Assembly: GCA_050330635.1 (NCBI GenBank)
Contig: JBHJNQ010000015.1
Span: 93,162-157,161, forward strand
From: Acidimicrobiales bacterium
Lineage (GTDB): Bacteria; Actinomycetota; Acidimicrobiia; Acidimicrobiales; SZUA-35
Length of the DNA: 64,000 nt
Direction of reading: 5' to 3'
Shown here piece after piece: positions 1 through 8,866 of this stretch (position 1 is the stretch's first letter; each line of letters starts with the position of its first letter). Both the position numbers and the translations under genes were made by a program. Below the pieces are notes generated by a model. That model ran no database searches and was not told the origin of the DNA. It worked only from the letters and a program-made list of their open reading frames with translations.

Positions 1-67
1 CACGCCGGCCGGTCCGCCGGCCCCGCGGTCAGGTTCCTGCGGGCTCCTCGGAGCCACGGCCGTTGGG

Positions 68-880
68 TCAGCCTTTCGTGCCGACCCCGATCACGGCGGG
101 CAGGGCGAAGTCCGTGTGGCCGTCGGCCTGTATGAAGGGCGCCAGCGTCCGGCTCGCATCCGCCATCAACTCGGTATAGGTGCGCTGGTCGAGGTCCGCG
201 CCGACCCACCCCTTGAGTTCGGCGTCGACCCAGTGGCGAAGCGACGGAAACCGGGCCCGGGCCTCCTGCGATCCGACTGTCACGGCGGTGAAGCCCGCTG
301 TTCCGAGCAGCGACTCGACCAGCGCCGGGTCGCCGAGCGCGAACGAATCGCGCACTGGCGCCGCGACCTCCGCCCCGAGATGTAGCTCGAGAACCTCCAC
401 GAGGGCGGAATAGCCGGGCGACCGCTCCAGCCCGTCCCAGACCGCGACCGCTGTCCGACCGCCCGGGCGCAGCACCCGGAGCATCTCGGCCACTGCTCGT
501 GAGGGGTCCTCGAAGAACATGAGGCCGAACTGGCACAGGGTGACGTCGAACATCCCGTCGTCGAACGGCAGCTCCTCGGCGCTCCCGTTCCGCCACTCGA
601 GCTCGGGTCGTTTGCGCCGCGCTACGGCCAGCATGTCGGGGTTTCTGTCGAGGCCGGTGACCGTCCCTGCTGGCCCAACGCGCTCGGAAGCGGCGATCGC
701 AACCGCGCCCGAACCGCACGCCACGTCGAGGACGTGCTGGCCCGCTACGAGGTCCGCGGCCTCGACGAGACGGGCGGCCCAGGGATCGCTCAGCACCGGC
801 CCGAAAAGCCGGTCGAAGTAGTCCGCCAGCGTCTCCGTGCGGTCGGGTGGCTGTTGAATGGGCTTGCGGGATTCCGGCAT
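68..880 (-). CDS. class I SAM-dependent methyltransferase
   Basis: ORF 68..985. Motif I is VLDVACGSGAVAIAA, followed by GLDRNPDMLAVA. The internal ATG at 880 is preceded by AGGGGG, so it is preferred as the start. Confidence 0.75.
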   Translation of the reverse strand: MPESRKPIQQPPDRTETLADYFDRLFGPVLSDPWAARLVEAADLVAGQHVLDVACGSGAVAIAASERVGPAGTVTGLDRNPDMLAVARRKRPELEWRNGSAEELPFDDGMFDVTLCQFGLMFFEDPSRAVAEMLRVLRPGGRTAVAVWDGLERSPGYSALVEVLELHLGAEVAAPVRDSFALGDPALVESLLGTAGFTAVTVGSQEARARFPSLRHWVDAELKGWVGADLDQRTYTELMADASRTLAPFIQADGHTDFALPAVIGVGTKG

Positions 881-1024
881 GGCGCAACCCCCTGAATGCC
901 GTGGTCGAGCTTCGTCGGTGTCGGCGTCGTTCCTCGCTCCGGTCGAACGGCTGCCGACCACGAGCTTGTCGCACGCCGCTGTCACGGCGCTGTCAGTTGG
1001 CGGTTCGGGGGATTCAGGGTGCCG

Positions 1025-2180
1025 TCACCCGGCCCGACCTCGGCCGACGCACCCGAGGGCGTAGCGGACGGCCTCCCCGTCGGACAGCGCGCTCCCTTCG
1101 GCGCGTACTACCTCGAACTGCTCGTCGCCCAGGCGGGAACGCATCGTGGCGACCGCCTCGGCGATCCGTGTGGCATCAGAGCCGGCGACGGGTGGCGCCG
1201 TGGCGCTGGCGGTCATGGCGCCGTACAATCGGGCCGCCTCGACGTCGCGGCCGAGGCGGGCCAACAGCTCGATGAGGGTACGTAGGGTGATCCACTGCAT
1301 GTTCCAGGCTCCCGCCCGGTGCCAATGATCGATGAGGTCGGCGTACTGGCCGAGCGCCTTCTCAGGATCGCCGGCCCGAGCCTCACAGGAGATGGCGGAG
1401 ACCCCTGCCAGGCCGAAGTTGCACATGGCGATGGCCTCCTCGACCCGTCCGCCGTAGGACGGACACAGCGCGCTGCTCAGTCGGTTGATCGCCAACTGGT
1501 GGTCATCCCCAGCCAGGCGGGCGAGTTCGATGGCCTGGTCGAAGAAGGGCATCGCTCGGATACGGGTACTCGACGATGGCCACCTGCATCGACGACGCGG
1601 CGTCCGCCGGACGGCCCAGCTCCAGCAACACCTCGGCTCGAAGCTCGCCAACCTCTCCGCGCAGCTCTTCGAGTCGCACGGCCTCTGCTGCGATGGCGGG
1701 CAGGTCGGCCAAGCCTTGGAACGAGCGGCCCCGCCACAGCGCCAGTGCCCGGTCCAGTCGTTCGAGGGCCACCGCCGGATGGCCATCGACTCGGCGAGCC
1801 TCAGCGAAGAGGCGCTCGGCCCGTTGGGCATCCAGCCGGTTGTGCGGGCACACCATCCGGTATCCGGGGCGCACCGTCTCGATCCACAGCGAGGCGGATC
1901 CGAGCTGCCGGCGGAGCCGGGACATCTGGGACTGCAGCGCCGCAGTGGGGTCCGCGGGGAGCGCATCGGACCAGAGGCATTCCATCAGCTCGTCGGGTTC
2001 AAGGATCCGCCCTCGCCCAGCCAGCAGGCTCGCGAGCAGCACCCGCTGCAGCGCACTGCGCTGGACGACGGGCTTCCCGTCGTTCCCGACTACCAGCAGC
2101 GGACCAAGGACCCCGATCTCCACGAACGACCTCACGGTGAGATGTCTATCTTCTCTCGTTCTCCCGAGGTCCGACAGCAC
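1025..2180 (-). pseudogene. SARP/AfsR-family regulator remnant (wHTH+BTAD joined out of frame to a C-terminal TPR-like part; no NB-ARC)
   Basis: ORF 1503..2180 has an OmpR-type wHTH plus BTAD (VLGPLLVVGNDGKPV, LQSQMSRLRRQL, ...VAIVEYPY) and then runs into junk. A second frame, 1025..1552 (MPFFDQAIELARLAGDD...), resembles the extreme C-terminus of large SARP regulators. The two overlap by about 50 nt in different frames. No P-loop segment lies between them. Confidence 0.55.
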
Positions 2181-2276
2181 TATTGGGCCGTCGACCCACG
2201 CCCACCACTGGTTCGAGACGTGTGTCGGCGCTGAGTCAGCGCGCCCAACGGCCTCGGGCGTCGGGCACCGGCTCGT

Positions 2277-3155
2277 TCAGGCGTCGGGGCGTTCGGTCGT
2301 GGCCCGCTCGATGTCGAGGAGGGGTTCCAGGCCGCACAGCTCGACCAGGTCGCGGTGCAGGCCCAGGCCGTCGATCTCCACCCCGGTGGAGCCGGTGTCG
2401 AGGAAGCGACGGTACGCCTCCTCGGCGGTGGTGATGGCCAGGGCCTGGGCGGTGAAGGCGTCGATGATCAGGTTCCATCCGAACGAACGCCACTCTTCGG
2501 TCGAGTGCTGGTCGAGGGCGGTGATCGTGGCCAGCGGCACGTCGGGAAACCGGCTCCCGACGGTGGCCAGGTCGGGGCGGCGGCAGAACGCCATCAGGAT
2601 GTCGGCCCCGGCCTCCCGGTAGGCCTCGAGCCGGGCCAGGCCGGCCTCCAGGCCCTCGTGGCGGATCCCACCGGTGCGGGCGATGATGGCGAACCCGTCG
2701 TCGCTCCGGGCCTCGGCCGCGGCGGTGATCTTGGCCGCCATCTCCTCGACGGGCACGAGATGCTCGACGCCGATGTGGTGGTGGAGCCGCTTGGGGGCGA
2801 CCTGGTCCTCGAACTCGACCGCCACCGCCCCGGTCGCCTCGAACAGGGCGGTGGCCCGGGCCATGTGGACGGCGTCGCCGAAACCGACGCCCCCGTCGAC
2901 GATCAGGGGCAGGTCGCTGCGGGCGGTGATGCGGCGGGCCACGTCGGCGATTTCGGTCGTGGTCAGCAGGGCCTCGCCCACGGCGTAGGAGAAGCCGAGG
3001 GCGCCCCCGCTGAGGTAGCCGGCGCCGAAGCCGAGCCGCTCCAGTTGCCGGGCGGCGAGCGGTTCGAGGCAGAGGGGGGCGTAGACGGGATGGTCGCCGG
3101 CCAGGTCGTCGGCGAAGCGCCGCCGGGCCGACGGGACAGGGGCAGGGGTCGACAT
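2277..3155 (-). CDS. isocitrate lyase / PEP mutase superfamily enzyme (carboxyvinyl-carboxyphosphonate phosphorylmutase-like)
   Basis: 292-aa ORF with LIVDGGVGFG and FEDQVAPKRLHHH (an EDQ..PKR.. motif without the lyase Cys), plus IIARTG. High GC3. Confidence 0.8.
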   Translation of the reverse strand: MSTPAPVPSARRRFADDLAGDHPVYAPLCLEPLAARQLERLGFGAGYLSGGALGFSYAVGEALLTTTEIADVARRITARSDLPLIVDGGVGFGDAVHMARATALFEATGAVAVEFEDQVAPKRLHHHIGVEHLVPVEEMAAKITAAAEARSDDGFAIIARTGGIRHEGLEAGLARLEAYREAGADILMAFCRRPDLATVGSRFPDVPLATITALDQHSTEEWRSFGWNLIIDAFTAQALAITTAEEAYRRFLDTGSTGVEIDGLGLHRDLVELCGLEPLLDIERATTERPDA

Positions 3156-3236
3156 GGGCCGGTTCTAGCACGGAGTCCCGCAGATTTCTCCGGTCTGCCC
3201 GTGACCTGGCGGGCCCTCCGACTCATTCCTACCGCC

Positions 3237-4485
3237 TTGACTTCGAGATCGACCCTCCGTTCGTACCGGGATTCCACCGAGCCTCGCCGGCCCAGGATCC
3301 ACCCGCTCGTGGCTGCCCTCGTCGTCGGGCTGGGTGTGGTCGCCCTGGCCGCCACGAGCTCCGGGGCCGACCGGGGCGGCGGTCGGAGCGCCGAGCAGGC
3401 GGCGGCGTCAGGGAGCCCGACCCAGGCCAGCGGTGGGACCCGGGTGAGTGTCGAGGACGGCGACGACGACCGCCATTCCATCGACGGCAGCCCCGACGAC
3501 GACCTCAGCGCCGACCGGCCCCGCCACGGCCTGGTTCGGCGCCGGCCGCCGGACCGCTCCGGGTGACCATGGGCAGCGGGGGCTCGACGTCGTTCGACAG
3601 TTCGGCCTCGCCCGGGCCGGTGGAGACCCACGGCACCAGGATCTACTGCGTCGTCTCCACTTCTCCCACGACGACCCGATCGTGTTCCCCGGGCAGCAGG
3701 GCCGGGGCCACGCCCACATGTTCTGGGGCAACACCGGCACCGACCACGTCTCGACCGGGACCAGCCTCCTCACCAGCGGCAACTCCAGTTGCGAGGGGGG
3801 CATCACCAACCGGTCGTCGTACTGGATGCCGGCCCTGTTCGATGCCGCCGGTCAGGCCGTCCTGCCCGAGACGATCTTCGTGTACTACAAGTCGTTCGGG
3901 GTGACCGACCGGTCGACGATCCGGCCCATCCCGAACGGGTTGGAGATGCTGGCCTCCCGCAGCGTGGCCCACGCCGGCGACGGCGACTTCCGGGTCGGCG
4001 CCAACGGTGGGGTCGACATCGACGTGCGGTTCCCCACCTGTGTCCAGGTCGACACCTCCGGCAGGCCCGTGCTGTCCAGCGCCGACAACGTCTCCCACCT
4101 GTCGTATTCGTCGGGCACGAGCCCCAGCCGGTGCCCGGCCTCGCACCCCTATCGGATCCCCCAGCTCAGCCTCATCGTGCGGTTCGACGTGCCGTTCGCC
4201 AGCGGCTGGTCGTTGGCCTCCGACATGGGACAGCCCAAGGGGTCGAGCCTCCACGCCGACTACGTCGCCGCCTGGGACGACGGCGCCATGCGGCAACTGG
4301 TCGACTGCAACGTCCAGGCCCGTGGCGATTGTGGCTTCGCCGGGGGCAGGGGCCAGCTGCCCGAGCGGTTCGTGGGCACGGAAGGCGTCGCCGTGTACCG
4401 CAACAGCGTGGAGTTGGTCGGCGGCGCCGACCGGACCCCCTTCGGCACGTCGTTGACCCCGATGGTGGCGGGGATGGTCGAATGA
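3237..4485 (+). pseudogene. DUF1996-domain secreted protein, copy 1, reading frame interrupted
   Basis: A signal-anchor (IHPLVAALVVGLGVVALAATS) lies in frame 3 and stops at 3566. Frame 2 reads ...GPVETHGTRIYCVVS up to 3658. Frame 1 continues HFSHDDPIVFPG..GHAHMFWGN...CPASHPYRIPQL to 4485. Comparison with the paralog (YCTVSHVSGDDAILHPG) indicates 1 nt missing at about 3659 (tcc-ac-ttc). Confidence 0.55.
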
Positions 4486-4583
4486 CGGCTCGGACCGGGC
4501 GGAGCAGCCGGAGACGCCGCGGGCGACCCGCCACTAGGGTTGCCAGACCATGATCGACCTCCCCGGTCCGACGGAGATCGGTT

Positions 4584-4860
4584 GAGCTGGGCCCCGACCC
4601 GGATCCGCAGCCGCTCGGCGAGCTTCGCCGAGCGGCTCGCCGCGGCCCGCCACGGCCGGCCGCCGACCCCGACGGGGTGGCCGACGTCGTCCTCCAGTCG
4701 TTGTTGGGCCGACTCGACCGGCTCCACTTCGACGTGCCGGCCCAACTGTGGGCCTATCTGTGCCTGACCGCCCGGTCCCGCATCATCGACGAGCACCGGT
4801 CGGCCAAGCAGGTCGAGCTGGTCGGCGACCCGATGGTCCTCGAAGGCGCCGTGTCCGGCC
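4584..4860 (+). pseudogene. fragment resembling sigma-70/ECF region 2
   Basis: VADVVLQSLLGRLDRLHFDVPAQLWAYLCLTARSRIIDEHR matches the region 2.1-2.4 pattern (A.DV.Q...F...W.YL...ARN..ID..R). No region 4 follows. The ORF runs straight on into the DUF1996 copy 2 sequence. Confidence 0.3.
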
Positions 4861-5084
4861 GGTCGACCAACAACGCCCACCCGGAGTCCGACCTCGGCCC
4901 GGCCGGACAGGGCGAGGTCGACTCGTCGCCTTCCACCCCGGCCCCGGTCGTCGGGCTACCCGGGGGGGCTCCTGGCGAGGAGCCCGGCATCGACGCCGAC
5001 GTCGGCCTTCCCGCCCCTACGGGTGACGAGGGTGGGGGCGCGCTGATCGAGGGCCCACCCGCCGACGGTACGGCGGCGGCGGGA

Positions 5085-5830
5085 GCCGACCGCTACGTCG
5101 TCACCGTCGGGTCGGGACGATCGAGCTCGCTCCGCTGGGGTGCGCCAGGACCGGTCTCGTACCACGGGATGCGCAACTACTGCACCGTCTCCCACGTCTC
5201 GGGCGACGATGCGATCCTGCACCCTGGCGCCCCGGGAGCGGCTCCGGCGCGCCTCCACTGGGGCAACACGGCGGCCGGCGCCGACGCCGGCCGCGTCGAC
5301 CTCACGGCGGTGGGCGACGGCACCTGCGAGGGGGGGGATCAACGACCGGTCGGCCTACTCGATGCCCGCCCTGGCCGACGGCGATGGCCGCTTCGTGCTC
5401 CCCGAGCGAATCGCCATCGAGTACAAGGCCTTCGGTGGCCCCGGGTTCGACCGCTCCCTCATCCGGCCCATCCCGGCGGGTCTGCAGCTCGTCGCCGACT
5501 TCTCGGTGGCCGGCGCCGACGAACCCGGGACGGCCAACGGCGACGCCACGTCGCTGACGCTCTCGGTCGGGTTCCCGAGCTGCGTCCGGGTCGACGCCGA
5601 GGGCCGACCGATGCTGGCGAGCGCCGACCATCGTTCCCACCTCGCCTACTCGTCAGGCGGGACCGACCGGGCCGACGGGTGCCCCGCCTCGCACCCCTAC
5701 CGGATCCCCCAGCTGACCTATGCCGTCAGCTAACAGGTGCCGATCGACTCCGGCTGGTCACTCGCTTCGGGCGATGGCGGACGGTCTCGCACCGTGACTG
5801 CCACCGCCATCTCGGCCTGGCAACCGTCGG
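5085..5830 (+). pseudogene. DUF1996-domain protein, copy 2 (frameshift plus in-frame TAA)
   Basis: Collinear with copy 1: VVTVGSGRSSSLRWGAPGPVSYHGMRNYCTVSHVSGDDAILHPG...TCEGG. A frame change then occurs inside the G8 run at 5330..5337. It continues INDRSAYSMPAL...CPASHPYRIPQLTYAVS, then TAA at 5731..5733, then the same frame reads QVPIDSGWSLASGDG (copy 1: DVPFASGWSLASDMG). Confidence 0.6.
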
Positions 5831-5870
5831 ACGTGGGGGGTCGCTGCCGCCGTCGCAGTGGGTGCTCGGG

Positions 5871-6416
5871 ATGTCCGGGTATTCGTTGGGTCGCCTCGAC
5901 GACGGTGGTGACGACGACGGTGGTGCCGGAGCCGATGTCGACGGGAGCGGTGGTGACCCGGTGGAGGCACCGGCCTCGGCCCAGGCCCTGGCCGACGACC
6001 TCGGGGTGCCGCTGGTGGTGATGCGACCCGGCGGGTTCGCTCGGCCGCCCGAGTTCCAGGGAACGCCGGTCGAGAGCCGGCACATCCTGCGGGCCCCGGC
6101 CCCGGGAGGTCCGGTCGACCTGTTCGTCACCGTGCGCAACGAGGTCGATCTCGGTGGCCTCGTGCGCTGCACCGAGGTCGCCATGCGTGGTGGGGCCGGA
6201 TCCAGCTGTGGCTTGGTCGCCGAGTTCGATCCGCTGGCCGACGTCGAGGCGGTGACGGTCAATGGCACCGTGTCCGACGACCGGACGTCCGTGGTCGAGT
6301 TGCGGGTGCCGGCCGCCGTGGCCGGGCCGTGCGGGGAAGGGCCCGCCATGGCCGAGACCTGGCACGACGACGAGCGGCTCGACGAGACCCCGATCGGGGA
6401 ATTCCCGGTGTGTTGA
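5871..6416 (+). CDS. hypothetical protein (tail of long chimeric ORF 4677..6416)
   Basis: Coding-like GC3 and composition (…LVVMRPGGFARPPEFQGTPVESRHILRAP…VELRVPAAVAGPCGEG…). No recognisable motif. The start is uncertain. Confidence 0.3.
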   Translation: MSGYSLGRLDDGGDDDGGAGADVDGSGGDPVEAPASAQALADDLGVPLVVMRPGGFARPPEFQGTPVESRHILRAPAPGGPVDLFVTVRNEVDLGGLVRCTEVAMRGGAGSSCGLVAEFDPLADVEAVTVNGTVSDDRTSVVELRVPAAVAGPCGEGPAMAETWHDDERLDETPIGEFPVC

Positions 6417-6434
6417 GCCCCGACCAGCCGACGA

Positions 6435-6965
6435 CTACCCGTCCCGGCGGGCCTTCCACTCGTCGAGGTGCTCGGCCTCCGAGCCGATCGTGGTCGAGTC
6501 GCCGTGCCCGGTGTGGACGGTGGTGGCGTCGGGCAGGGTCAGGAGCCGATGCTCGATCGAGTCGAGGATGATGTCGTAGCTGCTGAACGAGCGGCCGGTG
6601 GCCCCCGGCCCGCCGTTGAACAGCGTGTCGCCGGAGAACAGGGTGCGCTCGGTCGGCAGGTGGAGGCAGCAACCGCCGGGGGAGTGACCGGGGGTGTGGA
6701 TCACGGTCAGCTCGGCCCCGCCCACCTCGATCCGCTTCGGGTCGGCCAGCGTGTCATCGACCCGCCGGTCCGGGTAGACGACCTCCCACAGCATCGAGTC
6801 GTCGGGGTGGAGCAGGATCGGGGCCCCGGTCTCGTCGGCCAGGGCGGCGTCGATGACGATGGCCTCGTCGTCGTCGCCCACGATCCACACATTGTTCTCG
6901 ACGCCGAAGTTCTCGCCGTCGAGGGTGAAGACGCCGGACGTGGTCACATGGTCGATACGGGCCAT
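6435..6965 (-). CDS. MBL-fold metallo-hydrolase homolog lacking the HxHxDH motif (in-frame internal deletion)
   Basis: MARIDHVTTSGVFTLDGENFGVENNVWIVGDDDEAIVIDAA|LADETGAPILLHPDD...HTPGHSPGG...GHGDSTTIG. The late MBL motifs are present. The segment that normally carries T-H-x-H-x-D-H between IDAA and the LHP.D motif is absent (junction near 6842/6843). Confidence 0.7.
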   Translation of the reverse strand: MARIDHVTTSGVFTLDGENFGVENNVWIVGDDDEAIVIDAALADETGAPILLHPDDSMLWEVVYPDRRVDDTLADPKRIEVGGAELTVIHTPGHSPGGCCLHLPTERTLFSGDTLFNGGPGATGRSFSSYDIILDSIEHRLLTLPDATTVHTGHGDSTTIGSEAEHLDEWKARRDG

Positions 6966-6975
6966 GGCGGCGAAC

Positions 6976-7236
6976 CTACCGGGGATGGTTCTCTGTTCCC
7001 TGCCCCGCGGTGATGAACAGGACGGTGCACGGTTCGTCGACGTCGGCGGTGTGCCAATCGTTCGGTTGGTTGATGACGAACTGACCGGCCGAGAGCGTGA
7101 CCCGCTCCTCGCGCCCCTCCGGCCCGCCCCGGCGCTGGATGAGGGTGATCGACCCGCTGGTGCACACCACGACCTCGGCCCCCACCGGGTGGACTTCCCA
7201 CACATCCCACGATTCGGTGAAGGTGACTGCTCGCAT
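6976..7236 (-). CDS. cupin domain protein
   Basis: 86-aa ORF with a short beta-barrel-type sequence (WEVHPVGAEVVVCTSGSITL...AGQFVINQPNDWHTADV). It ends 10 nt upstream of the MBL gene start. Confidence 0.65.
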   Translation of the reverse strand: MRAVTFTESWDVWEVHPVGAEVVVCTSGSITLIQRRGGPEGREERVTLSAGQFVINQPNDWHTADVDEPCTVLFITAGQGTENHPR

Positions 7237-7585
7237 GGACGCGATCTACCGGCCGTTGCCCGGGGGTAGATGGGTTGGCAACCGGCCGGCCTCCGGCGCA
7301 GCCTGGGGGCGGGCGACGCTCGGGCCATCGAGGTCCTGGCCACGACCCGGGGGCATGGAGAAGTACGACCGACGGTGCCGGTGGTGGTCGAGCCACCACG
7401 GTGACTTTGCGGCGGCACTGCGTTGACTGCGTGGCGGATCAACGCGTCCGCTGGCGCGTTGGTTCAGGAGAAGTTCCAAGAAAATCGGCAGTTTCTGTCA
7501 TTCTCTCCTCGTGGTCACTCCTTGACTGTCACACCATCTATGTACGGTGATCGCGTAGCGATCACTCCACATGCGGCGGGGGCAC

Positions 7586-7725
7586 GATGACAGCACCAGG
7601 AATAACAGCACCAGGAATAACAGCACCAGGAATGACAGCACCAGGAATGACAGCACCAGGAATGACAGCACCAGGAATGACAGCACCAGGAATGACAGCA
7701 CCAAGAGCGACAGCACCAAACCGGG
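7586..7725. repeat. 15-bp tandem repeat array, CAGCACCAGGAATRA x7 plus 2 degenerate units
   Basis: Units start at 7591, 7606, 7621, 7636, 7651, 7666 and 7681. The first two end in aataa and the next five in aatga. Degenerate units lie at 7696 and 7711. The unit is about 47% GC in a roughly 70% GC context. Confidence 0.95.
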
Positions 7726-8750
7726 CCCCGGTAACTGCGCCGCGATCGAACGCTGCGACGAAGGCGGTGACGGACCCGGTGACGACGTCGGAGATGTGGG
7801 GGGTGGTGGGCCGGTGGGCCACCAGCCAGTACGAGCTGGTCATGGCCGCCGCCCGTTTCGCTTTCGAGGGGATCTTGATCGCCGACGGCTCACCGACGGC
7901 GGCCCATTGGCTGGCGGCGGCGGCCCAGGTCGAGACGTGCACGGCCCGAGAGTGGATTCGGGTCGGCACCTGTCTTCAGCTCCTCGACGCGTCCGCGGAG
8001 GCGCTGCGGACCGGCGAGATCTCCTATGCCAAGGCCCGCACCCTGACCCGTTACGCCACCCTCGACAATGAAGCCGAGCTCCTGGCCCTGGCCCGAACCA
8101 CCCCGGCCAGCGATCTCGGCCGGGCCATCGCCGCCTGGCGCACCGGCCGTGTCGACCCCGACCGGCTGGCCGCCGAGCAACACGCCCGCCGTGGTCTCAC
8201 GACCCGGGTCGACGGTGACGGCACCGTCGTCGCCACCCTGCGCCTCGCTCCGTTGGATGCGGGCACGCTGAGTGCCGCCGTGGATGCCTGGATCATGCGC
8301 CACCGGCCCGGGCGGGAACCCGACGGGGGTTGGCCCACGCTTGCCCACCAGGGTGCCGACGCCATCACCGCGCTCCTCACCGCGGGCGGGGCTGGCACCC
8401 TGACCGAGGTCATCCTCCACGTCCGGGGCGACGGCTGCACCCTCGACGACGGCACCCCGATCCCCAGCAGCGTGGTCGAACGGATCGCCCCCACCAGCTT
8501 CCTCCGAGCCCTCATCCATGACGCCGCGGGCCGCCCCGTCAACGCCTCGACCCGCCGTCGGCATCCCACCAACCGCCAGAAGCGGGTCGTCCACGAACGT
8601 CATCGGGGCGCCTGCGTCGACTGCGGCGGCCGGCGCCTCCTGGAGTACGACCACACCCCCGCCTACGCCATCACCGGCCGCACCACCACCGACGAGCTCA
8701 CCGTCCGATGCGCCCCCTGCCACCGGACCCGGCACCGCCACCAATCCTGA
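7587..8750 (+). CDS. DUF222 / HNH endonuclease (REP13E12-like family) with N-terminal TAPG(I/M) pentapeptide repeats
   Basis: DUF222-like body (GSPTAAHWLAAAAQVETCTAREWIRVG...ISYAKARTL) and a C-terminal HNH region (CVDCGGRRLLEYDHTPAY...CAPCHRTRH). The ATG at 7587 reads through the 15-bp array in frame. The true start could instead lie downstream, near 7790. Confidence 0.8.
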   Translation: MTAPGITAPGITAPGMTAPGMTAPGMTAPGMTAPGMTAPRATAPNRAPVTAPRSNAATKAVTDPVTTSEMWGVVGRWATSQYELVMAAARFAFEGILIADGSPTAAHWLAAAAQVETCTAREWIRVGTCLQLLDASAEALRTGEISYAKARTLTRYATLDNEAELLALARTTPASDLGRAIAAWRTGRVDPDRLAAEQHARRGLTTRVDGDGTVVATLRLAPLDAGTLSAAVDAWIMRHRPGREPDGGWPTLAHQGADAITALLTAGGAGTLTEVILHVRGDGCTLDDGTPIPSSVVERIAPTSFLRALIHDAAGRPVNASTRRRHPTNRQKRVVHERHRGACVDCGGRRLLEYDHTPAYAITGRTTTDELTVRCAPCHRTRHRHQS

Positions 8751-8866
8751 CAACCGGCGGAACACAACCGGCCCGGGGCCTAGCCGGCGGTCCCTCCTGG
8801 CACACTGACCGCCATGCGGGCGACGCGATCACCCACCGTCTACGACCACTGACCCCGTGGAGCCAA

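Noticed and set aside
1025-3155. SARP regulator plus PEP-mutase-superfamily gene as the edge of a phosphonate or other biosynthetic cluster.
   Set aside because: The enzyme has EDQVAPKRLHH rather than the pepM-specific EDKxxxxxNS motif. The regulator is broken, and no other biosynthetic genes flank them in the window.
4677-6416. Treating the 579-aa ORF as one protein.
   Set aside because: It is a chimera. It begins with a sigma-like fragment, continues with the N-terminal third of DUF1996 copy 2, and then reads out of frame relative to the paralog. Only its last 180 codons or so may be an independent hypothetical gene.
6435-7442. 335-aa extension of the MBL ORF, and the 734-aa extension of the glpD ORF (22448..24652).
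   Set aside because: The upstream extensions overlap other genes (cupin; crotonase antisense) and are low-complexity. Family-typical N-termini (MARIDHV...; ...DVFVVGGGINGA) fix the real starts.
7498-7719. Minus-strand ORF encoding (LSFLV)n, and ORF 7562..7969 encoding (GAVIP)n.
   Set aside because: Both are simply alternative-frame translations of the tandem array. There is no independent coding signal outside the repeat.
7586-7725. The 15-bp repeat array as a CRISPR array.
   Set aside because: The units are directly adjacent with no spacers, are far shorter than CRISPR repeats, and no cas genes are present.
7237-8866. The HNH/DUF222 region as a prophage, IS element or integrative element.
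   Set aside because: No integrase, transposase, terminal inverted repeats or tRNA target were seen. Only a single selfish-type HNH gene with a repeat tract is present.
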